Assembly (NCBI GenBank): GCA_002633005.1 | Contig: NMRA01000119.1 | Span: 502,578 to 566,577 of the forward strand | From: Phoronis australis | Taxonomy: Eukaryota; Animalia; Phoronida | DNA length: 64,000 nt | Reading direction: 5' to 3' | Shown: in pieces, positions 39,181 to 53,617 of the stretch | Layout of the letters: each line of letters opens with the position of its first letter | Position numbering within the stretch: the stretch's first letter is position 1 | Program-made: the position numbers and the translations under genes | Notes under the pieces: model-generated | Databases searched by the model: none | Seen by the model: only the letters and a program-made list of their open reading frames with translations | What the model was told of the DNA's origin: nothing

Positions 39181-40274
39181 CTTGACTAGAATTATTTGTC
39201 CCCTGCATGAAGATTTGCTCGCAGTCATCTTCCTCTATTTGGAGAGATTCGTCCATCAGGGAAGGAATGTTTGAAGACACGTCTACAAACGTGAACTCTC
39301 CAGTTACACTCGCTCCAGTGTTGCAGCTGGCACTTAAGGGCATGGGTGTGATACTACCCAGAAACTCGGACTCTGCACTTAATGTCCTCACGACTGACTG
39401 TTGGCATGGAGAAAGCCTGCACGCCTCTTCGCTTTTGACTGCCTGCTCGAAAGCATAGTTTCGCTCAAAGGAGGCAAAAAACCTGTCCAAAATCTCAATG
39501 TCAATGATTGGAAGCCTCTTGTTGAGACACTGTGGAGAACCAGCTTCACAGCTGTCACTCTCGGAGGAAACTAAAGGAGACGCCACTGGTGTTATCATTC
39601 CTGGACTTCCTTCTGGCATGGAACTTTCATTTGATTGTGGACTCATTATATTTTCAGGGATCGGGGCTTGCAACGGAAGAATGAAATTGGACTTTTGTTT
39701 GATGCTTGGTGTCTCTGGTGTGGGCGGACCATTGAATGGAATGGCTGCTTCCTGTTTTATGCTGAGTTTCATGCGGCCAATTGTTGATGAAAATGTTGGC
39801 ATGGGGGTTTGTAATGTTGCCACAGGACCACAATCCACGGGAGGTATATCCAGCTGAGAAGCCTCTAACAGAAGCTCGTCATAAAACAGATCAGAACAAA
39901 AGTTGTCACGCCGCACCCTTTTGCTCCTGGCTAAGTCTCTGTAGTTGTCTTTGAAGTCTGTTTTACACCATCTGGAGAAAGAGGATGACAACGACAGGTT
40001 GATTGGCTGGCTCTGAGACGGATAGGATGAACTTTCTGGGTTCCCATATGACTTGTCTCTGCTGGACTCATAGACCGCATACTGTCCCGTGTAGTCAGTG
40101 CTGAAACCTGGATGCTGTTGGCAAGGGCTCTGTTCATGCTGGTAGCCTTCATAGGGATATGTGGTGGGAGTCGGCGACGGCAACTGGAAGGATTGTGGGA
40201 AAAACTCGGAGTGCCTTGCCATGTTGGCCGTATAAAGAGAACACTGCATCTTGTAATAAGGTACATCTTCCTCA
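39181..40274 (-). CDS. NPAS4: NPAS4-like coding exon 9: long Pro/Ser/Thr- and acid-rich transactivation region
   Basis: Acceptor tttcag|T, donor CAAG|gtaat; 1094-nt open frame (ORF 39107..40249), phase 2 to 1. Confidence 0.85.
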
Positions 40275-40488
40275 CTGAAACATAAGAGTATTATCCATTA
40301 ACCTTTTTATTTGTTTATACATTATTGATATAAACACAAAGTCAATTGTTTTCTAGTTTTTATAAATCGTCTACAGCATGCAGAATTCATTTTGCCATAC
40401 TTTTGGCTCTCCTCATATATGATAAGTCACCATCTGTTTGTGAATTTTCTACTGGACAGAGTTTATGTGAGGTTAGCTTCCAGTTTGA

Positions 40489-40673
40489 CATGTGTGCACC
40501 CAGCCTAAAAATAGGGGGGGTTGAATTTTTGGGAATGTGGACCTTTTAGTGGACTTTTGTCTCGTTTTCTACTTTTTTCGAACTTTTTGTTTCTCTGAGG
40601 TGGACCTTTTTGCCCAGTTCGCCAAATGGGGGGACTCCTCTGAGCCTCCCAAGCCCCCCTGGATGCGCGCATG
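40489..40673. mobile_element. Short MITE with 5-bp TSD
   Basis: Termini CATGTGTGCACCCAG and CTGGATGCGCGCATG; TTTGA on both sides; reverse-complement relative of 62661-62921. Confidence 0.75.
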
Positions 40674-41712
40674 TTTGATGTCCACTTTGACCTGATGATC
40701 AACTTATTGCAGCTTTAATGTGGCTTTACCACTTATTTCCAAGGGTTGAATTTCATAGATAACTTTTTAAGTGTTAACAGTAGGTCTGTAAAATTATATA
40801 TTTTAAAAATTCTTGATGACCTCAGAATTTTTATGAGCACAGTTTTGCCCAGAAGTCCATAATCATGTGACTGCATTTGTTTGAAAAAATCTATTTTTCC
40901 ACATAAGTTATCGTAATTTCTACATTTAACTTATCTTTGCATGACACTTCTGAATTATTTCCCTTATAGTATTAATTACAAGAGCACATTTGGGATTTTT
41001 TGACCTTTTATCCCGAGAACTCCGCTTTAAAAAATGGAAGACGTGGGATTCCTTGAAAAAATGCAAGCCTTGATTGTGACTGACCAGCTTTTGGGCTAAA
41101 AGGCCAGGTATGTTTTTTGTACCTGATAAAATGCAAAAACATAATATCCAAGTTATGCCAAAAATGTCAAGCTTGATGAAGAATCATGTTTTTACAAAAA
41201 AGTAATCATGCGATTACGAACATCTGCGCATTAGTTTCGTGCACATGATGTAATTCTGTGATCACCAAGGATTTTAAAAACATAAGAATTTTATTAATAC
41301 TTAAAAAGTTTAAGGAATTAGATATTTAGGAATGAAAATGTCCTATTCTGATAAGGAACTGCTTCCTAAAAATGAAACATTTTGCTCAAGGTTGATCTAT
41401 TAGCAAATTTTAGAAATAGACAATACTGTCCATCTCAAATTCAAGAATTAAGACAAACGATAAGCAATCGTTCACCTTTATGTTATACATTAGGGGGACA
41501 AATGAAAATGTTGCATGAACAAACATTTTTGACAATTTTAAAAACTGACAAGTCTATTACCCGACATGAACACCCAATCCAATCACGTCCCAATCTTCGG
41601 AATCGAGAAACCCCCAATTGAATTTCATTGTCCGAATATTTAGAGACTGCCCAAATTGGAAAATCCGTCTACTCAATGCTCCACTGTGCATGCATGCTTT
41701 GGTGACACTCAC

Positions 41713-41875
41713 TCAATAACTTGGTTGATACACTCAATGACTGCCTCCTCAGGATCGCACTCAGTAGGGTACAAGTGACACAGATGCATAACGCAGTTGA
41801 CCCAGACGTAGCCGTTTGTCTCCGATAGCATTCGGACGGCCATCATACTGCCCATGGTATGCACTGAGTGAAGCA
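41713..41875 (-). CDS. NPAS4: NPAS4-like coding exon 8 (PAS-B/PAC): VLHSVHTMGSMMAVRMLSETNGYVWVNCVMH...VIECINQVI
   Basis: Acceptor ttgcag|TG, donor GA|gtgagt; 163 nt; PAC pattern R....G..W and I.C.NQVI. Confidence 0.9.
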
Positions 41876-42352
41876 CTGCAATAGAAGGGACAAACCGTCA
41901 ACAGGTGGAGCTGTGTGGTCTTATGACACTGAATTTACAAATCTAGTTTCCTGGGATTTACTAGACTACAGTGGCCGTTGCAAGCAACCTAACCAGTCTT
42001 CTATACTTCATCGAAAAAATGAACTCGAGAGAAATAAAAAAGTAAAGTACCACAAATTCTGGCCTAAAATAACCATAAAGTTTCAAGAGAGATATGTTCT
42101 CTAATTTAATACAAAATAATTCTTGTGGTATTTTTAATCTTGCGAATTTATAATCTGCCCTGACAAAAGCTCATTTGTGAAACCTACTACATTAAATAGA
42201 GTAAAATAATTATGCAACTTCATCGAAATGCTAAATACGTGAAACAAAAATTCATGATGCTTACACAATTTATTAATGTCATCCTGTTATATAGAAAATT
42301 TGTACTACTGCTTTTATTGAAGGCACAGCTAATGGATTAAAAAAGCAATTAC

Positions 42353-42459
42353 CTTGGGAGTGATTATGGCTGGCGTCACTGAGGTCCTGGGGATGTATTA
42401 GACTGTACCAGGATCTTCCATAGATATCAGCTGGCTTTAAACCCAGGTGCATTTCACCT
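42353..42459 (-). CDS. NPAS4: NPAS4-like coding exon 7 (PAS-B): GEMHLGLKPADIYGRSWYSLIHPQDLSDASHNHSQ
   Basis: Acceptor ttgcag|A, donor G|gtaat; SWYSLIHP.DL motif as in NPAS4/dysfusion. Confidence 0.93.
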
Positions 42460-42713
42460 CTGCAATACATAAAATCAATCCGTTACCACGGCAACCACCA
42501 ATGTGATGCGCTACAATGACGGGCAACATGTAGTCATCAAATAGTGATACCCAGAAACAACAACTCCTACTAATTCCCCTGTAGACATGGCTCTAATTAG
42601 CCAATCTGAGATCTGAAGTTTTAATTTCGACTTTTGCAACCTAATCGAAGTGCAATCATGCCTCTAACAAAGTCCAGACAATGGCAACCACATCTGACTG
42701 TCCTAGAACGTAC

Positions 42714-42901
42714 CTGGAATCCATGTTGATGAATGTCATGTCCAGCTTATGTGTGCTTCTGTATATCTTGGGGTTGTTGAGCAGGATGTTTTCTTTAGTC
42801 TCTGGAGTCAGTAAAGGTGTGCACACTGCCAAAAACACCGGCTGGTCCCCATATTGGTCTCGCTGGCTGGGGTGGATGTAACGTCCCCGAACATGCATTA
42901 C
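42714..42901 (-). CDS. NPAS4: NPAS4-like coding exon 6: VMHVRGRY...PVFLAVCTPLLTPETKE...STHKLDMTFINMDSR
   Basis: Acceptor ttttag|GTA, donor AG|gtacgt; 188 nt; PVF.A.C.P motif. Confidence 0.93.
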
Positions 42902-45900
42902 CTAAAACCAACAACCTTTACCATGAAGAAAACTTCAAATTCTGTTTCATGTATGAATGTGTCATTCAGTCGATACCCTTACCTTGCGAAGCCCAATATT
43001 AATTAAGAGGACTGGTCCTTAACTTTTGTCAAATTTTAATAGTGTAACATTATAAGTTGAATTATTTGGGGGTAGTAATGTTCGAATTTTAAGAGACTAC
43101 TGCAGTATTTGGAAAATTTCGCATGTGCAAAATATACCTCTGTATCAAGTGTTTACCACAATAGTACATGATAACTTCACATGGTGTCAATCCTAATGTC
43201 AGTCTTGCCAAATGGCCAATCATTAGTTCAACTATATTTTATCTTCCATGATGGTTGCATAGACTGTTTCCATGGCGATGGTACTATTTCTTTTACTTAA
43301 TAATCAGATATGAGCCAGAGGCTTATGAGCAGATTTAGTTGGTTATTTTCGGTATAGTCTTGTTAACATTAATTAAGGAGTTGGGATCACAATGATTTCG
43401 ATATTGATACGCCATGCCCACTCGATTCGATTTTGCTGTTTAATTTAAAGTTACAACTTATGTGAGACTTGAAGAAATTATTGTGACATTGAACAAATAA
43501 GCAGTTCATTCATTAGTTGGAATCCTTTCATATTTAAAAATTTTGTTGCTAAAATTGATAGGAGTAGTAAGCTGAAAATTAATTAATCTGACAAACGAGA
43601 ATGCCAACTTCCGTTACTCTGGTGTTTTTCCGTGAATGGTTGTCAGTTTTGTGATCAGAGCTGTGTGGGCGGGCCAATTACCATCACCACATCCATCAGA
43701 ACTTCCCTGTTGGTGACTGAGTCAGATATGGAACAGCACTCTTATGGACACTGTACTTTCACTGGTCACCATCACATGATCAGGACTACTAGCAAAAACA
43801 GCTGGATATCAAAACAGTCCACTACCCAACCATATTTGGCAGTTATTTCCTTAAATCTTAAATGATTTTCCCCGAAAATAAAATGTTTAGGTCTTCCTAA
43901 ATTGGCTTTGAGGTTGTGATGTGGTATCAAGTTTCTGTCCCCCAAATAGCCCTAACATCTGTCACTGTTGTTGGTAGCACTTCATTCACCAACAGGTGTC
44001 AACATGTGTCATTACTGAAAAGCATGTTAGCTCTGATAGGAAGTGTGTACAGGTCACAGACAATATGCTTGATAATGCTTATTGCTCCTCACTTTGTTTT
44101 ATCAGGTCAATGCAATTAGATTTCAGACCTATTCAGACTGACTTCTTTCTTTAAAGATGGTATAAATTGGCACTTCAGACAAGTCGTGAAACGCGCTGTT
44201 TTGACATTCAGTGATCACGATCATAGCATTATGCAGTAAATCTAAACAATATTATTCCCCGTGACAAAACTACTACTATTCGAGCTCTGCACAGAGTTAG
44301 TTGGTTGCTCTAACTGACTGAGATACACTTATTATCATAGCTTACTGATTTAGGATTTAATAATACAACTGTTCAGGAAGTGTGTGCGGGAATGTTCCAT
44401 GTTGATAACTCCTCTAACAACTCTAATGAGGTTATAAAGAACGGTGGAGGTGTACAGATAAATTGCTTTCGGATGTAATTTCAAAGCATTAACTCAATAT
44501 ACTACTGGGGGAGACTTTGGTCAAGTCCTTCGGTATTTTTAGACAAGGATGTTATTTAGGTAAAATGCAACCCATTTAGAATATGATATGGCAGCCGAGT
44601 GATGTTTTGTTTTCATTTTTTTCGCAAGAAATAAGTTGGACCAAACAGAGTCTTTCTAAGTTGTACGAAGCTGCCATCAGAAAATGTTTGAGCAATTGTG
44701 GTCATTCAAAACAATGTTAGAATGCTTTGAAAAATAAAAGAAATCAATTCTGGCAGTTATTTTGTCCGAAATTCATGAGATTTACCGTAATGGCGACCAA
44801 GTGGTCCTCTTTGAATTAATGCCTCACTACACTTGACGCATGTAATCTTACAATGTCCACAACTGGTAATTGCAGTTTCACACCACTTTTTGTTATGAAA
44901 CTGATCTCAACTCTACTTTACACAGTAGAAATACAATTTCTGTGTTTGGAAAAAAGTAAAGTCGTTAATTGGACTGGACTAATTAAGTTGGAATTTGCCA
45001 AGCTGTCACCCATATGTATCGCAAAGAATTATGCGGCTACGTTAGGACAATTGGGGAACAGCCTGTTTTCTCACCTCAAGGCTAGAGAGAGTTGCTCACT
45101 GGAACTAATGGCAGCTTTCTTCAGTTGTATAATAACTGTTTTTATGGCAAAACATTGACAAGGACAAATACATGAATTAATATGCTTTTTTATCACTCAT
45201 CCATAGATGGGCTGTGTTATGTTGTGATTCGGGTCAATATAACACTCGTAAGATCGATTTTCTATGCTAGGGTGCAGCTGTGAATTTGACAATTTAATAC
45301 TAGTTCTCCATCTCAAATAAGAAAGCATTACGTCAAAAAGCCTTGAATCGTAAAAATTGGGTATTAACATAAAAATAGAAAGGCATCAACCGTTACTGAT
45401 GGGGGCTTGAGGCTTGCAGGTTCACTGGTTGGTGACAAAAATTTTTTTTAGTGATCTGTCACCAGTCTTTAATACAAACCTGTCAATATACCCATATCTC
45501 AACCAATCCTCCCAGACCATTTGTGAGATAACTGAATTAACCATGGCCCCCAAGTGATTTGTTTATTTTGACAGCAATTATCCTATCAGCTGGGCCACTG
45601 AAGCTATTATCTGGATTAGGCAGATTGTGTGATAACCACCACTTGTCAATTGGCATTGGTGGATAGGAGCAGTTTATCACAGAAGAAAATCTGGTGGCAG
45701 TTGGGGCTCTCTGATCACAGACTGTGTGTAACACTTATCTCTGCTTTGCAAACTCAGGCTTGTTTCAGAAGCCCAAAAGCAGCACTTTATTGAAGGAAGT
45801 AATATGTTTCTAATTACATTTCCAACAAGTCTATGTGAAACCACTGTTTTTCTCTGAGACAGTGTCAACTGGCCAGCTTGAGCATAAAGAGTCAGTGGCT

Positions 45901-46719
45901 CTTAAAGTGTTTTGAATGAAAGTAGGTTAGAAATTAATTAGCCGGGGCAAAATATGCATTCAATTTTTTTCAAATATCACTAACAAAACTCTTTTAGTCT
46001 GAATTTTCAGCAAACACTGTAAGTATCGGTACCCCTAAATAGAAAAATGTCCAAATCTGGCTAACTTTGGAGCGTCACGCGTCAGAAACGACTGTTAGAA
46101 TTCGTATGAAACTTCCAGATACTACGCTTTACGCACTATTCTCCAAAAGAGATTTTCAGGAATTCTTTTTTAAAATGTTCCATTTTAGCAAGAGCAGCTA
46201 TAAAAATGAGCTTTTTTTATGATTTTCATGAAATAGCTCAAGATACAGTTGTTTTGCCATCACTGTACCTTCCTTTTTTGCAAAACTTTACCAAACAGAC
46301 ATGGTCACGTGACCCAATCAATGGCAGTGGTGAAAAATTAAAAATAAAATTGCACAGGTTTTCAGATTTCAGAAAATATATACTTTTGCATTGTAAATTC
46401 TTGGTTAAATGAGTATTTTTGTTACGGGTTTATGTATAACCTCAACTAAGGGAAATCTTAGGGATAATCTTACTAATTTGTAACAAAAATGCATGCAGGA
46501 ATTATCTTTTTTTTTAAAACCTATGACAATACTGTAAACGCCCGCAATTTTTTCTGATGGAAGATACTGCACAGAATTTGAATAAAACTTCACATGTACA
46601 TCAATTGTGTCCTAAATTTTCAAAATTTTACTGTGCTTTTTCTTTTGAAATGAGATTGCATTAACCACTGCAAATAGTTGGAAATGCTTGTTCAATTCTG
46701 TATGGCAAATCAAACTTAC

Positions 46720-46902
46720 CTTCTGTGCTGCAAAACTATGTCTTTTAGCATTCTTTGACATGTTGATCCGGCAGAAAAATGACCTTTGATCTCTGTCATC
46801 TGATGAATCATAGCTCATTCGTAGCAGCTCCCTCTGCACTACACTATGATCTTGCTTGTCAATGATGTCATAGATGCTGTCTCCTTGAGTCAACAAGTCA
46901 AC
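46720..46902 (-). CDS. NPAS4: NPAS4-like coding exon 5 (PAS-A): VDLLTQGDSIYDIIDKQDH...RSFFCRINMSKNAKRHSFAAQK
   Basis: Acceptor cactag|GTT, donor AAG|gtaagt; QGDSIYDIID is an NPAS4/dysfusion hallmark. Confidence 0.95.
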
Positions 46903-47825
46903 CTAGTGGCAACAGTTTTCAAAATAAACTGGAAGTCATCTATACAAATATTCATTTCTTTTCGACTAGAACCTGTTTCAATTCCAGCCAAATCTCGATA
47001 AAATCTCAGCAAGTGTCCTGGTAAGTCCATTAATTTGCAGGCTAAGTGTAATAATTTCGCATTAGAACTCTTGACTAAAGTTCAACAAGAATGCTATTTT
47101 ACTGCGATAGAAGTTGGTAATCTGACATCTAATTTTGTAAAGAATGGCAGACTCAGTCAGTTCCGTGGAAGTCTTACTAATTTACTTTGTAAACTGATGT
47201 GCATCCCAGTTTCCAAGCATGTTTTTGAGGTCAGAAAATCTGCAACTTCAAACCGCGATCAAACAAATAATTATTAGGCAGTTCAACATGCCCAAAAAAC
47301 AACACTGGGCATCTGTACAACGGTGCACAACTAAAAAGCTTTTCACTATCATTTATTACATTTGATTTGTTGAAGTATAGTAGTTTTAGTTGGTTGTGCT
47401 TAGCCGATAGTAAACATTATGTCAGGGCTGCGTTCAGTAGGTGTAAGAACCAGTGAAAACGAAAGATCTTGTAAGTCTTCAGAGATATCCTCACGTGTTA
47501 CATGCGAAGTACATGATCATAGTAGTTTTACTGTGAAATTCTTGTATCTACGTTATGCAGCACAGGTTTTGAAACAGTTGACATAATATACGGTACATGT
47601 TTAAAAGTGTATATTCACCAGATACAAACAAATCAATCCGTAATACATGACAAGTAACATAATTAGAGTATTCATATCAAACTTCAAACTTTGATACATG
47701 GTGTTTTCAAACCACCTACAGTACTCCATCCTAACTCCCCACGAAGCATGACTTAATGACACACACCCCCATATCAACTAACACAGCTATATCAGTACTT
47801 TGCACATATTCACAGTTTTACCACC

Positions 47826-48024
47826 ATACACCGTATTCACGCAGTCGCCATTTTAAAAGTGAGCCTCTTTAAAGGTTTTAAAAACAATGCATTTTGCGCT
47901 TAAATACAGTGCAAAGCGTGTTTTTTTTTTGCGTGCCTCGTCAAATTCATGCCTCAAATGCATTGTTTTTTAAATCTAAAAAGAGGATCACAACTAAAAT
48001 TGCGACTGCGTGAATAAGGTCTAT
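47826..48024. mobile_element. Palindromic ~200-bp MITE
   Basis: ATACACCGTATTCACGCAGTCGCCATTTT...AAAACAATGCATTT is mirrored by AAATGCATTGTTTT...AAAATTGCGACTGCGTGAATAAGGTCTAT. Confidence 0.75.
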
Positions 48025-49716
48025 ATCCGTGTATTGCCTCAGCCAAAACACAGTGTGCCTCTCCCTCGAGAAGCACTAAATGCTCTTTCAGAATATGTAT
48101 GAACCTTTAAAAGAATTAGTCTAATTGTGAGTCCGGGCTAATTCTGGCAACCAGGTTTCATATTTGTTAGTAATTTCACAATTATTTGAATTAACAAAAT
48201 GAGATGTTGTTAATTCTTATTACATCAACTTCTAAAATCACATTACGTTTCAGTCACTACAGTTTGGTAGTTTGACTTTAGGTATGAGACAATACTATTC
48301 GTTTATCCATCCGTGAAGGACCTCTGACTTAGAATCTGAGGGTGTTCCACTATATTCTTGACGAGGCCTGCAGCTAGAAAGTCAGGATATCCAACCATTT
48401 TGAGAGTGGACTCGAAACCAGGGACCAATTTGTTGTGTGCTTACATGAAAATTCACCCTTCCATAGTGTTTCCAGAAACACTACTCTCTTGTAGGGGTTA
48501 ATTGAATGAACCTGACCCTTTTGTATAGATCCTTTCATTGCTGAATTTTTACCTTATTTGGCTGAAACAGCAGAAGAGAAGAGATGGGATGTTGTCAAAA
48601 ATGAGCACATCTTTTGCAAACGAACTTTAAAAAATAACATGCAAACCAAAACCTTCTGTAGATTTGTGTATTTAGAAAAAAGGGGACCTTTTGTAAAGTT
48701 TCGAGCTTTCAAAGCAAACTCTTTTGTAGGGAAAGGCTGAATAGAAAAAAACACCTCTGATAGGGAATTGTGTTAGAAAAGACACTCTTTCGAGAGGAAA
48801 ATGGTTCTGAAGTTTCATGTCCCATATACTTCTACGGGAGTAACCCCCCTGAGAGTTTGAACTAACAATGCTTGCCTTTGACAGGCATACTGAAGAAGAC
48901 ATTTTAATTACTGCAGTGATATAGGTTGTGGTGTAGCACTTGCAGTTTCTGTCATGATAGACTGGAGTAATTATTAGTATCCACCTGAATGATGTAATAT
49001 TCATTATTTACATAGCAATGATCTACGCATCATTGAAAATCAATGATTTTCAACCATTTCCTAAGATTTATTACCCCATAACACACGAAAAATTGTAATT
49101 CTTTTCATTTTCTCCATGTGGTCTTCTGAATTGATAGAATTCATCGCTGCACAATGAAGAACAATTAGTGTAGTATATCCCATCACAGTTTGTTATGACA
49201 TTTGTCTTTTACCATTGTAACAAAAATATTTATTGTAATTAAAGCACCTTTGAAAAATTTAATTTTTTCTAAGGTTTCAGCTTTTCTGCATAATATACAA
49301 ATAAATTAGCAAATCACCTCTCAGATGTATGTGAATCTTCTTGTTTCATAGACTCCTTTTCTTGGGGAGAAAAAAACTTCTTTAAATACCTCAACATAGA
49401 AAAATCTCTTCACGTAGGGATTATAGCGAAATTAAAAAATTTAGTAGTACTGCATTATCAAGTCACTTGGTAATGCAGTTCCTTTAGATTTAGTTTCAGC
49501 AATAAAAAGCAACAAAATTCAAGGAAGTACGTCTGAATGTTATCACGTAGAAATTTGTTATGTGTTTTTTTTTTCTGTTTGACAGTTCAACGTACTTCCT
49601 ATATTCTGTTTGGCACAAGTTACAAACTAATTCTTATATAGTGGATAAGCTTTGGAGTGTCTTCTGGGCACAAAGTGCTTTTACCACTAATTGAGTCAGC
49701 TGTAATTTTTGCTTAC

Positions 49717-49806
49717 CATGGAGTGTCCCAAGAAATCTGTGACATTTCCTGATATGTACAGTAATTTGCCATCCCGCGTAGCTATCAACAGGAAACCAGA
49801 TAGGCA
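49717..49806 (-). CDS. NPAS4: NPAS4-like coding exon 4 (PAS-A): CLSGFLLIATRDGKLLYISGNVTDFLGHSM
   Basis: Acceptor tttacag|TGC, donor ATG|gtaagc; 90 nt; GFLL....GKLLY.S.NV...LGHSM motif. Confidence 0.95.
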
Positions 49807-52800
49807 CTGTAAACAAAGAAATCGACAAATAAAACTCCAGTTGCGTCAAAATATAATTCTAAAATGGGCGTTTTTCAAAATTAAACTTCAATTCCACACA
49901 TTAGCTATTCTGGTGCTTAACAATCAAAAAGTGATTGAAGAAGCACTGTGAACCAATGCTTCTAAACAGGAAGTAAACATTTTGTCCACCATGTGCTGCA
50001 TCTCACTGCAGCAAACAGAATTTATAGGACTCTGACGTGATTACCACTGCCACTGTACAGGATTGGGTGTGCAAGATTTCAGTGCTATTCCCGTTTCTCC
50101 AGAGAAAAAATGCCATCTTCAAAACTGGGAGAATGAAACCGCATTTGAAAAGCATCTGGAAATGATGCAAATGCTGTGTCAGACACAACACCTGATACCT
50201 GAAACAAAGTGGCTAAAATGCGAGTGCTTTTGCTTGCTTTTTCACTAGAAGCAAAAGCACTAGTCATACAAACGGTTACAAGTGTCACTTAGTTTTCTAG
50301 GGGTGTGAGTTACTCTAAAACTGTAGGGGTTTTCCCCGACACTTTTGTAGCCAGACCGCTTACTTCAAAAGTCGAATTTGCCCAGGAATGGGTAAGAGGC
50401 ATAATTTGTTTATTGGTGTATTAATCAATTGACATCAAATTTTGTTTAAAAAGTGACTCAGGTGGTGAGGAAAAAATTAATTTCTGGCAAAAATGGCCCC
50501 TTCCCCGACAGCTGGTCTTTCTGGGTAAAAAGCTAGGATTTTCACTTGCATTTTAGTCAGTGAAATTGTTAGTTTTTACCAATCCTGCGTATAAAGTCTC
50601 TGCCAAACTTGGACAAACTTCTTGCCAAATTTATGTGAGACAATTTAGTCAAACATTTGTCACAGTAAAATTACATTTTTGCCAAACTTTAGTCAAAAGT
50701 TGTAAGGCAAGTTGTTATTTTGACATTGTGTGTCAAGATTTTGTCAAGATATTGCTGGAATTGAAACGTGTCCTAGTCAAAGAGACATGGCTGAAACAGT
50801 TTTGAATGTTGACACTTCATTTTATTTTGAAACCTGTGCTGCGAAAAGTTGGTCGGTAAAATTACTGGGTTAGATAAACAAAGTAAGTGTGCACAACAAG
50901 AGGTAATAACTGAACAGGTAAAACAGTTTGCAGTCACACCTGCATAATATGCTTCATGCTATAGTTTTAGTTCTAGATTGCATTTCTCCAAATATGGTCT
51001 CAGGTCACAACATGAATCCTGCTCGATGCTTTTAATCCGGCATTGTGATAGCACTGGAATAGGGCAGGCCCTTGTCCATGATTGTACGCCTGTGCATAAC
51101 TAAGGAACCCAATGGCAAGTGATAACGAATGTCCTTTCTTTTTTAGAACAGAAGCTTAATTCAAATTCCACTGAATTTGGGCAAAATTCAACCAAGTGCG
51201 CAGATGCACTTGAAACCATTTTCATTAAGTATGGTAATTAAGTGGGTTAAGAATAGTCTCGACTAAATTAATCTTCAGACTATTTTTTCCTCGTGATTGA
51301 GAACGAAGGAGAATTAGCAAGCTGACTGAATCATTCTTTAATTAGAATTTTATGACCATAAGAGTCATTACCGGTAATTTTTGTTAACGGAATTACACAT
51401 AAAGACAGGAAAATGGTATTATGTCTTCTTTTGTCTGGTGTGCATACGACCTTCAGTAAATGGATCCCTCTCAGACTTTCATCCGTGGCACAAATTTAGA
51501 ACACAGTATGGGGGAAGAGTATAATTTTATTTTTTTTTAACAATGTTTAACAAAAATGAAGAGGAAGAAAACTGCACATCACTTTTTGTGTGATTTACAT
51601 CAATGAACGCAAATTGATAATTCTGGCACTTATTTTTGTTCAAATTTGAGGAAATTTTACCCCACTGATGCAGCTGGATACAGCCAAAGGTTGTTGAATG
51701 TTAATTTCTTTTGAGCTTACCACAGAATTAAAGATACAATTACACGCTGCTCCAGACAATTTGGGAGGCTATGTTGTTGCAACATTACTGCCTTGACTAA
51801 GTTATGTGCTAGCAAATGGTTAAATTTAGCTGTTTAGTGAAAACAAATTTTTTTAAGTGCGTCAAAGGAAAGCCATAACACCGAACTATATACATTTATA
51901 GATATCCGCGTACCATCTTGACAAGCTGTTATGGCTGACAAACATTAAAAAGGTAAAAATCTTATTTCGTGAACAATAAGGGATTGACAGGTATGTCAAC
52001 CATGAACCTCCACAAACCTATATTGGGTTAATGCATTGCAGGTAATTTATGAGATGACTGACAGCAATTTCGTTTGGTTTTTGTCAACAAATCTGCAGCC
52101 TTGACATTACCCAGGTTCATAATTTTATGTCAGCTACAAAAGACCTGTAGGCACTTCTTAAGTGTTGTTTCTTGCCTAGATTAACACGTACCTAAACCCC
52201 TCACCAAGGAGAAAAATAAAATTTGTTGTGATTGCTATGGCATTGACGTGCTCAGGCGCATGTGCTGAGTGCATATAATACTGTTTGTTCTTGAAGCATT
52301 GTGCTTCAAGCTATATAAAATCACAACCCCAAAATTGGGGAGCTCAGACAACCGCTCCTGCGCAAATTTTTCTTTATGATTTCGCGCCCACTTCTTGCAT
52401 AGACAATTGAGCATTGGACCTTGCCCACCTACACCATTTGAATAGCAAAATTTGAATGGGATTCGGTCCATATTTCACGGTCACTGATAGATACAGGGCA
52501 ATGCGTAAACAGCGCAGTTATTTTTCCCCGTGCTAAAGCCTTTCCAGCATTATTTCCACTACAGGATGGTCTGTACTTTTTTAATGTGCGTTGTCTCTGA
52601 CGTCAATCACTGGTTGTTCATTCATGCGAGTTGACCTTGGCAATTGTTAACGTCACTTAGGTGAATTCTATGCACAGGGGACTCAAAGCACATGCAAATC
52701 AGTAAATAGGTGTTGTATTTAGAACAGTCCCTGTTCTATTTTTAAATGGTAACAATTAGGTGCCTATATTTAGTAAACATAAATTTGTGGGACTGTGAAC

Positions 52801-53068
52801 CTGATTTTAATTTGTTTGACATGTTTTTACCTGTGAGTATGACATAGTTGTAACAATTTCCACGAAACGGAGCTGTGTAAACACTCATAATTCGTAAATG
52901 AATGTTTTCTGTTTTACTGCCAACACGTCATAGAATACACTAGAAATAATTATTGTTTCTACACTTGAACGATATCAACTAAAATCAAAGCCTGACAAAA
53001 TAATTAAGCAGCAATTGTTCTGCAAAATCAACTCTCTGAACATAACCAAAATCAGAATATCAGCTTAC

Positions 53069-53127
53069 CTGGGAAAAGTCAAGATCAGTTAAAAAGGTTT
53101 CTACGTCAAACCCAGATGATCCAAATA
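53069..53127 (-). CDS. NPAS4: NPAS4-like coding exon 3 (bHLH-PAS linker): LFGSSGFDVETFLTDLDFSQ
   Basis: Acceptor ttttcag|TA, donor CAG|gtaagc; 59 nt bridges phase 1 to 0 as required. Confidence 0.8.
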
Positions 53128-53617
53128 CTGAAAACATAAAAAGAAAAATCCATGCAATAATTACCATACTATCCTTAATATGTCCATTGTTTACTGTCAG
53201 ATAAATCACTTCAATAAAACCAGCACACATAATACAAGTAATAATTAATGTAACCAATTAAACTAAAAATCATATTTCTAAACTCCAAGATTAAGTTTTA
53301 CTCTTTACTCCGCCAAACGTTTGGTTAAGAACTTGACTGCATAAGAGAAAACAACATCTAAATATTTGTTTGAGAAAAAGCACGTTTATAACTGCATTTT
53401 GCCCTGTTTAGCTGGCTGAAATACCTTATCATTGTATGCAATACTGTGAGACCAGTTTTATGAGAGTAACAAGTTTAATTCAATCAGGGGCGATATGCAG
53501 GTTTAGGGCTATGTAGGAACCCACCGACAAGCCTGTGTACTGAGCCAAATACCTACAAACCAGTGAGCAATACATAGCTCCAATTTTTTTCATAGCCTCT
53601 CATACATTTTAAAAATA

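Noticed and set aside
40838-41688. CACAGT...ACTGTG ends resembling RSS heptamers or Transib/RAG-like termini
   Set aside because: Similarity stops after 6 bp, and there is no nonamer, TSD or transposase remnant.
42482-42495. RFX X-box-like GTTACCACGGCAAC near an NPAS4-like acceptor
   Set aside because: A single imperfect site of a motif type common in repeats here, with no supporting context.
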